NCBI GenBank assembly: GCA_900554175.1 | Contig: USGK01000003.1 | Span: forward strand, 25,790-89,789 | Length of the DNA stretch: 64,000 bases | Direction of reading: 5' to 3' | Origin: an uncultured Clostridium sp. | GTDB taxonomy: Bacteria; Bacillota; Clostridia; TANB77; CAG-508 | Shown: piece by piece, positions 9,228 to 18,700 of the stretch | Position numbering within the stretch: position 1 is the stretch's first letter | How the letters are laid out: each line of letters starts with the position of its first letter | Notes under the pieces: generated by a model | What the model saw: only the letters and a program-made list of their open reading frames with translations | What the model was told of the DNA's origin: nothing | Database searches by the model: none | Translations under genes and position numbers: made by a program

Positions 9228-10874
9228 CTATCCTTCTATAATATTTAATATATCTTTTTCTAAATCTTTCATTTTTTCTTTTATTCTAAACATATCTTCA
9301 TCTTTTAGATCTTTATTTGCTAAATCTTCTTTAACACTCTCTTTCATGTCATCAATTTGACTTTGTAATTGATCTAATCTTGTTAAAATTTCTCCTCTTA
9401 TAGTTACTGGTCTATGTGTTTTTATTTCTCCTATTTTCTCTGGAATATTTTCAACATCATATATTTCTCCATAGCTTGGTATTGTTACCGGAATTTCGGT
9501 TTCCTCTACAATTTTATCTTTTAATACTATTTGTGATTCTTCTTCACCATGAACCAAAAATATATGTTTTGGTTTTTGATTTTTAAAAGAATATACAAAA
9601 TTCATAAGCCCTTTTTGGTCAGCATGTCCAGAATATCCCTCTATATATTCCACTCTTGCATTTACTGCTATATCTTCTCCAAATATCTTTACTTTTTTTG
9701 CTCCATTTACAATGCTATATCCTAGAGTTCCTGGTGCCTGATAGCCTACAAAAAGAATTGTATTTTTTGGGTCCCATAAATTGTGTTTTAAATGATGTTT
9801 TATTCTTCCAACATCACACATTCCACTTGCCGATATTATAATTGATGGTACTTTATTTTCATTTAAAGATTTTGATTCATCTGCAGTCATAGTAAATTGA
9901 AGCCCTGGGAATTCCAAAGGATTGTCTCCTTTTGAAATAGCTTGCTTTGTCTCTTCGTCAAATAAATCCATATTTTCTTTAAAAACTTCTGTGGCAGATA
10001 TAGCAAGTGGACTATCAACATATACCGGAGCTTTCATTAAAGTTCTGTATTGGTGCATAAATTCTTCATCATCTCTTGTTTCTTTTATTTTATTTAACTC
10101 ATATAAAATTTCTTGTGTTCTTCCAACTGCAAATGAAGGTATTACTACATTACCACCTTTATCAAGAGTTTCAGATACTATTTTAAGAAAAAGTTCAGCC
10201 TTTTCATCATTTCTAATATGAAGTCTACTTCCGTATGTCGATTCCATTACTAAATAATCTGCTGAATCTATCATAGTAGGAGATCCAATTAACGGAATAT
10301 CATTGTTTCCAATATCTCCTGAAAATACAATTTTCTTATTTTCTTCTCCTTCTTTTACCCAAATTTCTATTATACTTGATCCTAACATATGTCCTGCATC
10401 ATTAAATCTAACGTGAATTTCTGGGCTAATTTCTATTATTTGGTCATATACAACAGGAATAAAAAGTTCTAAACATCTTGCTGCTTCTTCTGCTGTATAA
10501 ATTGGTTCTACAGGCTTCAATCCTTTTCTTTTTCTTTTTCTATTTTGCCATTCAACTTCCATTTCTTGAATATGTCCACTATCTGGAAGCATTAAACTAC
10601 ATAAATCACATGTTGCCTTATGAGCATATATTGGTTTTTTATATCCTTCCTTATATAATTTTGGAATTCTCCCTGAGTGATCTATATGTGCATGTGTTAG
10701 TAACATAAAATCTATTTGACCTACATCATAATCAAATTCTGCCTCATTCTCATACTCATCTTCTGCTCCTCCTTGAAAAAGTCCACAATCCACTAAAAAT
10801 TTCTTTCCAGCTGCTTCTACTAAGTAATTAGAACCGGTAACTGTTTTTGTTGCACCTAAAAATGTTATTTTCAT
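9228..10874 (-). CDS. rnj: Ribonuclease J (metallo-beta-lactamase / beta-CASP RNase)
   Basis: HxHxDH motif (LTHAHIDHSG), beta-CASP region and about 550 aa length. Start placed at MKITFLG. Confidence 0.9.
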   Translation of the reverse strand: MKITFLGATKTVTGSNYLVEAAGKKFLVDCGLFQGGAEDEYENEAEFDYDVGQIDFMLLTHAHIDHSGRIPKLYKEGYKKPIYAHKATCDLCSLMLPDSGHIQEMEVEWQNRKRKRKGLKPVEPIYTAEEAARCLELFIPVVYDQIIEISPEIHVRFNDAGHMLGSSIIEIWVKEGEENKKIVFSGDIGNNDIPLIGSPTMIDSADYLVMESTYGSRLHIRNDEKAELFLKIVSETLDKGGNVVIPSFAVGRTQEILYELNKIKETRDDEEFMHQYRTLMKAPVYVDSPLAISATEVFKENMDLFDEETKQAISKGDNPLEFPGLQFTMTADESKSLNENKVPSIIISASGMCDVGRIKHHLKHNLWDPKNTILFVGYQAPGTLGYSIVNGAKKVKIFGEDIAVNARVEYIEGYSGHADQKGLMNFVYSFKNQKPKHIFLVHGEEESQIVLKDKIVEETEIPVTIPSYGEIYDVENIPEKIGEIKTHRPVTIRGEILTRLDQLQSQIDDMKESVKEDLANKDLKDEDMFRIKEKMKDLEKDILNIIEG

Positions 10875-10903
10875 ATTTATTATCATTCCTTTCTTTCGTA
10901 AAA

Positions 10904-12460
10904 TTATATAAATAATTTTATTTTCTTATTTAATTTTATTTTTAAATCATTTTTATCTAAAATATTTTTTGATTCTATTTGTTTTTCCATAATTTCTTCT
11001 TCAAAAAATTGTATTTTAAAATTTTGTTCATTTTTTTCTTTAAAAACTTTTATACTTACTTTTTCCAAAGAGATAATTTTTGAAACAAAAATATTTTTAT
11101 AAATTTCTGATTGTATTTTTTCATTATCTGAAATGTCTAAAATAACTTTCTTTTGAATTGCCTTATTTATTAATTTTGTATATATTTTTTTAATATCTTC
11201 TTTTATTATATCTATTTTTAAAATATTTTTTTCATTTGTAACAGGTAAATTTAGATAGTATCTAAAACTATATATTAGCTTTATAATTTCTGCTTTTTCT
11301 TCTACCTTATCAATCTTTATATTAAAGACGTTTAGTATCTCTTTTTGCAAATCTATTATATATTTCCTAAGCATTTCTAATTTTGATTTTTCTTCAACTA
11401 TAGAAAAATATTCTACACTTTTTCTTAATTCCGTTTGTTTTTGTATGAAAAAATGAGGATTAATTTTTTTGCTATATTCTTCTAGTTTTTTTACTAATTC
11501 ACTTCTTTCGTCTTGCATTATTTTTTTTAATACCTTCATACTAAATATTTTTTCTTCTAAAGGTAACTTAGAATTTCTTTTTTCATATTCTTCTAATAAC
11601 AATTCTTTATCATTTATTGTTTGATCTATTTTTTTTATTTTTTTTGAAATTCTCTTTTTCTTATTAGTTATTTCTAATATATATTTTTCACTATCTTTAA
11701 ATTTATCATATTTCTTTTCTACTTTTATTTTTTCTTTTTCAATATTCTCTTCAAAATTTTTATCTAAAATCATTTTTTCTAATAATGAAATTTTTATTAT
11801 ATCTGTAATTAAATTGTCTTTTATTTTCTTGCCATAATCTTCTGTTAATTTATTTTCCAAAACTTCAAAGTAATCTAATATAAACTTATTATTGTTTATC
11901 CAATTTTCTAAGAAGTTGTTTCCATTTAATATTATTAAATCTTGATATACCAAATTATATACTAAATTATATATATCTTTTGCTACAACATTCCAGGAAA
12001 ATCCATTAAAATCTCTTAGTGGTTCACATGTATTTATATTATTGCCTTCATTTAACATATCTGTTAATGCTATTTGTACATATTCATTGTTATTTTTTAT
12101 AATTGTATCTTTTTTCTTTATTCCTGATAAAGAATATAATAAATTAATTTCAATTGGATAACATTTTATTAATTTATCTTTTCTATTAATTTCTTGTTCT
12201 TGATTTCTATTGATAAATTCTATGCTATTGCATTCTTTTTGTATTACATATATAATTTTCTCTATATATTCTTCTTTAGAAAGTACTCCTTTTTTTACGG
12301 TTTCATAATCTTTATAGGCACTTTCTATTTTATAACACATACTAAGTATTAAACTTTTTACATCTTCTTTGTAGTTTTTTTTAGATAAAACTTCTTCAAG
12401 TTCATTGTTGTAGTCTTTTCTCACAAATTTACTTAATAACTTATCCTTTTTTTCTACCAA
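10904..12460 (-). CDS. Hypothetical K/E/N-rich coiled-coil protein, 518 aa
   Basis: Long ORF in the operon-like run between rnj and ftsK. No recognisable catalytic motifs; strongly charged, predicted coiled coil. Confidence 0.5.
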   Translation of the reverse strand: MVEKKDKLLSKFVRKDYNNELEEVLSKKNYKEDVKSLILSMCYKIESAYKDYETVKKGVLSKEEYIEKIIYVIQKECNSIEFINRNQEQEINRKDKLIKCYPIEINLLYSLSGIKKKDTIIKNNNEYVQIALTDMLNEGNNINTCEPLRDFNGFSWNVVAKDIYNLVYNLVYQDLIILNGNNFLENWINNNKFILDYFEVLENKLTEDYGKKIKDNLITDIIKISLLEKMILDKNFEENIEKEKIKVEKKYDKFKDSEKYILEITNKKKRISKKIKKIDQTINDKELLLEEYEKRNSKLPLEEKIFSMKVLKKIMQDERSELVKKLEEYSKKINPHFFIQKQTELRKSVEYFSIVEEKSKLEMLRKYIIDLQKEILNVFNIKIDKVEEKAEIIKLIYSFRYYLNLPVTNEKNILKIDIIKEDIKKIYTKLINKAIQKKVILDISDNEKIQSEIYKNIFVSKIISLEKVSIKVFKEKNEQNFKIQFFEEEIMEKQIESKNILDKNDLKIKLNKKIKLFI

Positions 12461-12485
12461 CTTTTCTCTCCTTTAAATTAGAAGT

Positions 12486-14975
12486 TTATTCTTCTTTTGC
12501 TTCTGATGTCATTTTCATTTCTGCAAGTTTCTCTAATGTCCATAATACTTCTCTTGGTTTGCTTCCTTGGTAACCAGAAATAACACCTCTTTCTTCCATT
12601 TGATCAATTATTCTTCCAGCTCTTGCATATCCTACTTTAAACTTTCTCTGAATAAAAGATGTAGATGCTTGTCCTGTTTCAACAACAGTATCTATTGCAT
12701 CTGATAAAAATGGATCTGTATCATCATCGGCTTGTTGTTCAGCTTCTAAGTTTTTCCTTTGTTCTTCTTTACTTCCATTTTCTATTGTATCTAGAATATC
12801 TTCTCTATATACTGCTGTTCCATTTGATTTTACAAATTCTACTATTTGCTCAACTTCATCATCTGAAACAAATGCTCCTTGAACTCTAGTTGGCTTTGAT
12901 GCACCAGAAGGGAAAAATAACATATCTCCTTTTCCTAAAAGTTTCTCTGCACCAACCTGATCTAGTATTGTTCTTGAATCTATTTGAGACGATACAGCAA
13001 AAGCAATTCTTGATGGTACATTTGCTTTGATTAATCCTGTAATTACATCTACGGACGGTCTTTGTGTTGCAATTACTAAATGCATTCCTGCAGCTCTAGC
13101 TTTTTGAGCTAATCTACAAATAGCTTCTTCTACATCTTTTGCAGCAACCATCATTAAATCTGCAAGCTCATCTACAATTATTACAATTTGAGGTAATTTT
13201 CCTTGATTACCTTCTTTCTCAATAAGCTTATTGTATCCTTTTAAATCTCTTACTCCCTTTTCTGCAAATTTATTATATCTGTCATCCATCTCTTGTACTG
13301 CCCAAGCTAATGCACCAGCTGCTTTTTTTGGGTCAGTAACAACTGGAATTAATAAATGAGGAATACCATTATAAACAGAAAGTTCAACAACTTTTGGATC
13401 TACCATTATTAATTTTACTTCACTTGGCTTACTATTGTAAATTATACTTGTAACAATTGTATTTATACAAACACTCTTTCCTGAACCTGTTGAACCTGCA
13501 ATTAAAACATGTGGCATTTTTGCAATATCTGCAATAATAGCACTTCCTGCTACATCTTTTCCAAGAGCTACGCTTAATTTAGAATTATTATTCTTAAATT
13601 CGTCACTTTCTATAACTTCTCTTAGTCCTACCATTTCTTTTTCTTTATTTGGAACTTCTATTCCTACAGCTTGTTTTCCTGGAATCGGTGCTTCTATTCT
13701 TATTGTTTCTGCTGCTAAATTTAATGCTATATCATCTGCTAGATTGGCAATTTTACTAACTCTTACTCCTTCTGCAGGTTTAAGCTCATAACGAGTAATT
13801 GCAGGTCCTACTGTTACATTTTCTACTTTTGCAGACACACCAAAACTATATAAAGTTTTTTGTAATCTTGCAGCTGTCTCTGTAAGAGATTTTGTTCCAC
13901 CTTTTATAGATTTATTCTCTTTTTTCTTTAAAATTTTTATTGGTGGATATACATAATTTTCTTCTTCAACAGCAATTGTATGTTCAAGTTGTAATACTTG
14001 CTTAGTTTTATCTTGTTTTTCTTCTTCTTGCATTTTAAATAACTCTTCATTATCATTAAAATCTTTTACAGCAGTCTTATTTAACGTGTCTGAATTGCCA
14101 ATTGAGCTTGCCATTTTTGTTATACTGTGATCTTTTTCTTTATTTTTCTTAGATTTTAATTTAGATAAAAATCCTTTATCTTCTTCTTCATTTTCTATTA
14201 TTCTTCCATTTAAATTAATTTTTATCTGTTCTGGCTCTTCATTTAAAATAGGCTTCATTTTTGGAGCTGTTTGTACTTCTATAGATGGATGATTTTCATC
14301 AATTTTGTTCTTTTTATTTGATTTGCTTTCTCTTTCGGCTAAAATTCTTTGTTCTTCATAATATTTTTCTCTTTCTTGTTTTCTTATATCTTTTTTCTCT
14401 AAATAATCTTCAACCTTATTGCTTACAAATTCCGCTATATCTATTTCAAATACAAATGCAAATAACATTAGAGATACACCTATACTTAAAACAACAGCTC
14501 CAAGTGAACCAAGTAATTTTACTAGTGGTACTGCTGCAAGTGTTCCTATAACACCTCCACCTGCATCTTTTGCTCCAAGAGTATATGCGTTTTTCATTAC
14601 TTGTGAAATATCTTTTGTGATATCTAAGGTTCCTTTTGATATTTGATATACACTCATAACAATTGCGATGCAAATTATAAGTATGGCATACTGTACAAAT
14701 TTCTGTGTAATATATTCTCTTTCATTCTCACATGCTTTTTTAATAGCTATTGCAAAAGCTCCAACAGGAAGAATATATCTTAAAATCCCCATCATCCCAC
14801 CTAGAACTTCATTTAATTTTTTTCCAAGAGTACCAGAATTTGTATATAATAATATTGCTAAAAGTATACTAAATACTATAATTCCGATTATACTTAAGTC
14901 TAAGTTTGATTTTTTTGTACTTTTTTTAGATCTTCTTTTTGTTTTTTTCTTTGCCATTTGTATCATTCCTTCCAA
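12486..14975 (-). CDS. ftsK: DNA translocase FtsK/SpoIIIE
   Basis: 829 aa. N-terminal multi-TM domain, long linker, C-terminal motor with Walker A GSTGSGKS and a gamma domain. Confidence 0.93.
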   Translation of the reverse strand: MEGMIQMAKKKTKRRSKKSTKKSNLDLSIIGIIVFSILLAILLYTNSGTLGKKLNEVLGGMMGILRYILPVGAFAIAIKKACENEREYITQKFVQYAILIICIAIVMSVYQISKGTLDITKDISQVMKNAYTLGAKDAGGGVIGTLAAVPLVKLLGSLGAVVLSIGVSLMLFAFVFEIDIAEFVSNKVEDYLEKKDIRKQEREKYYEEQRILAERESKSNKKNKIDENHPSIEVQTAPKMKPILNEEPEQIKINLNGRIIENEEEDKGFLSKLKSKKNKEKDHSITKMASSIGNSDTLNKTAVKDFNDNEELFKMQEEEKQDKTKQVLQLEHTIAVEEENYVYPPIKILKKKENKSIKGGTKSLTETAARLQKTLYSFGVSAKVENVTVGPAITRYELKPAEGVRVSKIANLADDIALNLAAETIRIEAPIPGKQAVGIEVPNKEKEMVGLREVIESDEFKNNNSKLSVALGKDVAGSAIIADIAKMPHVLIAGSTGSGKSVCINTIVTSIIYNSKPSEVKLIMVDPKVVELSVYNGIPHLLIPVVTDPKKAAGALAWAVQEMDDRYNKFAEKGVRDLKGYNKLIEKEGNQGKLPQIVIIVDELADLMMVAAKDVEEAICRLAQKARAAGMHLVIATQRPSVDVITGLIKANVPSRIAFAVSSQIDSRTILDQVGAEKLLGKGDMLFFPSGASKPTRVQGAFVSDDEVEQIVEFVKSNGTAVYREDILDTIENGSKEEQRKNLEAEQQADDDTDPFLSDAIDTVVETGQASTSFIQRKFKVGYARAGRIIDQMEERGVISGYQGSKPREVLWTLEKLAEMKMTSEAKEE

Positions 14976-15029
14976 TATGTTTTCATTATATTTTCCATAA
15001 AAATTCCCATATTATTTTATCAAAATACA

Positions 15030-15062
15030 AAAAAAATAGCAACAAATTTTGCTATTTTTATT
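15030..15062 (-). terminator. Rho-independent terminator after the 15058-15561 gene
   Basis: Minus strand reads ATAGCAAAATTTGTTGCTAT hairpin followed by TTTTTTTGTATTTT. Confidence 0.7.
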
Positions 15063-15561
15063 GTAATTCTTTTCTACTATTTTGTATTGTTTTTATTGTA
15101 TCTTCTAAAGATATTTGCATTAAATTTAAAGCTTCACTCATATTCTTTTCTAAATTATTTAACGTATTTGTTAAAACTGTTTCTGTATTATTTAAAAGAC
15201 CATCTGCGTATTCCTTTGTTCCTGATGTTATTTCTCTTGACATTTCATTTGCTGTTTCTATAATTTCATTTTTTTGATCATAAGCTTTTCTAGTTATTTC
15301 ATGCTCATCTATCATTGATATTATTCTATTTTCTGCTTCTTTTACTATTTCATCAGCTTCTTTTTGTGCTTCTAATAATATTCTTTGTCTTTCTTCTTTT
15401 ACCCATTTAGCTTGTTTTAATTCATCTGGAAGTTTTAATCTTATTTCCTTTATAATTTCTAATATTTCTTCTTTGTCAACAATACTTTTCTGTGTAAAAG
15501 GTACTCCCTTACTGCTTTCTAATATGTCTTCTAATGTTTCCAACAATGTAAATATTTCCAT
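15058..15561 (-). CDS. Hypothetical acidic coiled-coil protein, 167 aa
   Basis: ORF with clear context (own terminator, RBS). No TM; no family recognised from sequence alone. Confidence 0.5.
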   Translation of the reverse strand: MEIFTLLETLEDILESSKGVPFTQKSIVDKEEILEIIKEIRLKLPDELKQAKWVKEERQRILLEAQKEADEIVKEAENRIISMIDEHEITRKAYDQKNEIIETANEMSREITSGTKEYADGLLNNTETVLTNTLNNLEKNMSEALNLMQISLEDTIKTIQNSRKELQ

Positions 15562-15592
15562 ATATTTCTTTCCTCCTAGAAAATCTTTGTAA

Positions 15593-16153
15593 TCATGTCA
15601 TGATCTTTTCTTTTAAAAAAACAATGTATGCTCTGCCATACTTTCTATTATCTATAACCTCTATATTTAGATCTTTTATTTCATTTAAAACTCTTTCTTC
15701 TTCATCAGTTTCAAAAATTATTAAACCATTTTCTTTTAAACAATTGTATTTTAAAATATCTATAATGGAATCTTTTATAAAATTTGTTTTATATGGTGGA
15801 TCTAAATAAATAATATCAAATTTTTCTTTTTGAACTTTTTTTAAAAGTTCTTTATAATCCAAATTATAAAAATAAACATTATCTTTAAGATGTGTTTTTT
15901 CAATATTTGCTTCTATAATAGCTTTAGCTCTTTTAGATTTGTCACACATCAAAACTTTTCTTGCTCCTCTACTTGCAAATTCAAGACCTATTGCTCCACT
16001 GCCTGAAAATAAATCTAATACTGTACTTTCTGGTATTCGATTTTGTATTATATTAAATACTGATTCTTTTACTCTGTCTAATGTTGGTCTTGTTTCTTCT
16101 CCCTCATTAGTAAAAAGTTTTGTACCTCTTGCTCTGCCACTTATTATTCTCAT
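15593..16153 (-). CDS. rsmD: 16S rRNA (guanine966-N2)-methyltransferase RsmD
   Basis: RIISGRARG...TRPT.DRVKESVFN...LDLFSGSGAIG...DPPY motifs. Confidence 0.9.
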   Translation of the reverse strand: MRIISGRARGTKLFTNEGEETRPTLDRVKESVFNIIQNRIPESTVLDLFSGSGAIGLEFASRGARKVLMCDKSKRAKAIIEANIEKTHLKDNVYFYNLDYKELLKKVQKEKFDIIYLDPPYKTNFIKDSIIDILKYNCLKENGLIIFETDEEERVLNEIKDLNIEVIDNRKYGRAYIVFLKEKIMT

Positions 16154-16285
16154 TATTAAATATTTTCCTTTTACAATTTTATCATACTATTATTTTATAT
16201 CTTTTTTTATGTTTGTCAATATTCTTGACAGAAATGTAATATACATTTAATATAATTGTAATATTACATTCATATTACATAATAC

Positions 16286-16328
16286 ATAAAAAGACTATTC
16301 CTTTTTAAGAATAGTCTTTTGTTTTTAT
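16286..16328. terminator. Hairpin terminator downstream of divIVA
   Basis: AAAAGACTATTC-CTTTTTAA-GAATAGTCTTTT followed by GTTTTTATT. Confidence 0.7.
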
Positions 16329-16780
16329 TAATTCTCTTTATTAATTTCTTTTATTAATTCAAGTTGAGAGTAAAGTAATGATTCCATTTTTACTCTATAT
16401 ATATCGAATTGTTTTTGTAAGTCGTTTAGAGCTCTCTTTTTTGTAGTAATTTGTTCATTTATATTATTTAACTCTTTTTGTGCTGTTGATTTTGCATCTG
16501 TTATTATTTGTTCTGCTTGTTGTTTTGCAACTTGTTTTACTTCTTCAGCAGTCTTTTGAGCCATAACCAACGTATTTTGTAAAGTTCCTTCGATATTTTT
16601 ATAATGGACTAATTCATTATTTAGATCTTCTATTGTTTTTGATGTTTCTTTAAGTTCTTTATATTTTTTAGCATAATCAGCACCTATCTCATCTAGAAAA
16701 TCATCTACTTCTTCAACACTATATCCATTCATCATTTGTTTAGAAAATTTTTTATTTTCAATGTCTAGTGGTGTAAGCAT
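16328..16780 (-). CDS. divIVA: Septum-site determining protein DivIVA
   Basis: MLTPLDIENKKFSKQMMNGYSVEEVDDFLDEI N-terminal DivIVA domain followed by a coiled coil. Confidence 0.9.
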   Translation of the reverse strand: MLTPLDIENKKFSKQMMNGYSVEEVDDFLDEIGADYAKKYKELKETSKTIEDLNNELVHYKNIEGTLQNTLVMAQKTAEEVKQVAKQQAEQIITDAKSTAQKELNNINEQITTKKRALNDLQKQFDIYRVKMESLLYSQLELIKEINKEN

Positions 16781-16798
16781 CTTAAGACCTCCTTAATA

Positions 16799-17293
16799 TT
16801 AGTTAATACTATTTTTATTTAACCATGAAACAGATAACTTATTTTTTATTTCTTCTCTTGCCATTTCATTTGTTATTTCATAATTAATTGGTGCAATCAA
16901 AAATATAGAATTTGATACTTTTTGAATATGTGCATCTAATGCATATACTCCACCACTTATAAAATCAACAATTCTTCTTGCTACATCTTTATTAACATAT
17001 TCTAAATTAACTATTACTGATTTTTTTTCTTTTAAGAACCCGCAAATTTCTTCTGATTGTTCAAAACTTGTAGGTTGTGATATTACCATTCTTATTGATT
17101 GAGTTTGAGGTAAAGAAACAACTTTATTGTTGCTATTATTTCTTCTCATAAAACCTTTTTTTTCTTCTTGAGGTTCTTCTTCTTCCTCATAGTCGTAATC
17201 ATATACGTTTTCATCTTCATTTTCTATATCTTCAGGATCTGTTTGATCCATTCCGAACAAATTCCAAACTTTACTCATTATTGCACTTGACAT
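16799..17293 (-). CDS. sepF: Cell division protein SepF
   Basis: C-terminal SepF domain (VIVNLEYVNKDVARRIVDFISGGVYALDAHIQKV) with an acidic N-terminal linker. Confidence 0.9.
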   Translation of the reverse strand: MSSAIMSKVWNLFGMDQTDPEDIENEDENVYDYDYEEEEEPQEEKKGFMRRNNSNNKVVSLPQTQSIRMVISQPTSFEQSEEICGFLKEKKSVIVNLEYVNKDVARRIVDFISGGVYALDAHIQKVSNSIFLIAPINYEITNEMAREEIKNKLSVSWLNKNSIN

Positions 17294-17378
17294 TGCAAAA
17301 ACCTCCTAAAACTTTCTTATATTAATCACTTGCCATTAGTATCCTACTTTTTACATGAATTGTCAAGCGTTTTAATTA

Positions 17379-17425
17379 ATTGTAATGTAAACTTAATATT
17401 GTTGTAATATTTTTGTAATATTTTT
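17379..17425. repeat. Tandem 11-bp TTGTAATATTT-type repeats upstream of the sepF operon -35
   Basis: TTGTAATGTAA, then TTGTAATATTT TTGTAATATTT at 17401-17422. They lie adjacent to a minus-strand TTGACA (plus 17361-17366), a 17-nt spacer and GATACT. Confidence 0.6.
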
Positions 17426-17452
17426 TTATCTCTAAAAAAAATATTATAATCA

Positions 17453-18700
17453 TTAAAATCGTTTATTTGGATACATTAAAATCATATCATACTGAGATAA
17501 TTTACTATATGAATTTACATTTATTCCGATTTTATTAAGGTCCTCTGTTGAATAATTTTCAACTATAGAATATTTATCATTTTGTTTTAATACTTTTATA
17601 TAAATATTACTATATGATCCTGCTTTTTCTTTAACAACATATTTTACATCATTTTCTCCGCTTACTATCGCATCATTCGGAATCTTTAATCCTGATTTGC
17701 TCCACCAGGTAATGTTAAAAGATACTTTTCTGTATTGAATCATTTCATCTGTTAAAATATTTAGCTTAAATACAATAAGTGTCTTTCCACTTTCTTGTTC
17801 TTCCTTTTTTTGAATTTTAGCATTTAATTGTTTTCCTGTTGAAATTGTTATCTTTACTTCATCTCCAACATTTGATTCTTTAGCTATATCAGAATTTAAA
17901 ATAGTAGCAATATAAACATTAAAATTGTTAATAATTTTTGCAGACTCACTGCTTACAGGAACAATTTTTCCAGCCTTTATTCCCAATCCATCTAATTGTT
18001 TCTCTGTTAAGTTTTCTATGCATTCTGGTGTTAATGTATTTTCTAATCCATCTACTCTGTATGAAACCAATCCTGCAACTGGTGCTTTTATATATTCAGA
18101 TCCACTATTTAGCTCATTTTCGTATTTTTCTCTTTCGGTAGTAAGACTCTTTATATATGATCCTGAATTGCTTAGTTCACCAATTATTTTAGCCTTTTTT
18201 AATATAATACTTGAAATTTCCTTTTTGCTTTCTCTTATTTTTTGTAAATCTGTTTCTGTATTTAATAGCTTTGTTTTTTCATCTATTTGTTTTTCCAAAT
18301 TTTTTATATCACTTGAAGGAAGCCACGACTGTTTAGATAGTGCTTCTTGTATTTTGGCATCAACTTCTTGTATTTTTGATTTTAAATTTTCTTCATCTTT
18401 TGCCATATATCTAAAAACTGTTTGATTTTTTGCAGCTCTATTTTTTTCTGAAATTATTGTAGTTATTCCGTTTTTATAATTTTCTCCCTTAAGAACTGTT
18501 TCTTCTCTTATTATATACCCTGTTGCAGTTTCTTCTCTTGTAAGAGTTCCTGACTCTACTGTAAATGTATCTGTTGGAGATTTTATCAGTAAGTATATTG
18601 CATAAATTATGTAAAATATAATTATAATAAATAATACATATATAATATATTTTTTTATTTTCTCTTTCTTAAATTTTTTTATACTTATTACATTCTTCAA
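17453..18700 (-). CDS. HlyD-family membrane-fusion-like protein, 415 aa (orphan periplasmic adaptor architecture)
   Basis: N-terminal TM, long coiled coil, then the IKAPVAGLVSYRVDG motif characteristic of HlyD/MFP beta-barrel hairpins. No partner transporter is adjacent. Confidence 0.45.
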   Translation of the reverse strand: MKNVISIKKFKKEKIKKYIIYVLFIIIIFYIIYAIYLLIKSPTDTFTVESGTLTREETATGYIIREETVLKGENYKNGITTIISEKNRAAKNQTVFRYMAKDEENLKSKIQEVDAKIQEALSKQSWLPSSDIKNLEKQIDEKTKLLNTETDLQKIRESKKEISSIILKKAKIIGELSNSGSYIKSLTTEREKYENELNSGSEYIKAPVAGLVSYRVDGLENTLTPECIENLTEKQLDGLGIKAGKIVPVSSESAKIINNFNVYIATILNSDIAKESNVGDEVKITISTGKQLNAKIQKKEEQESGKTLIVFKLNILTDEMIQYRKVSFNITWWSKSGLKIPNDAIVSGENDVKYVVKEKAGSYSNIYIKVLKQNDKYSIVENYSTEDLNKIGINVNSYSKLSQYDMILMYPNKRF

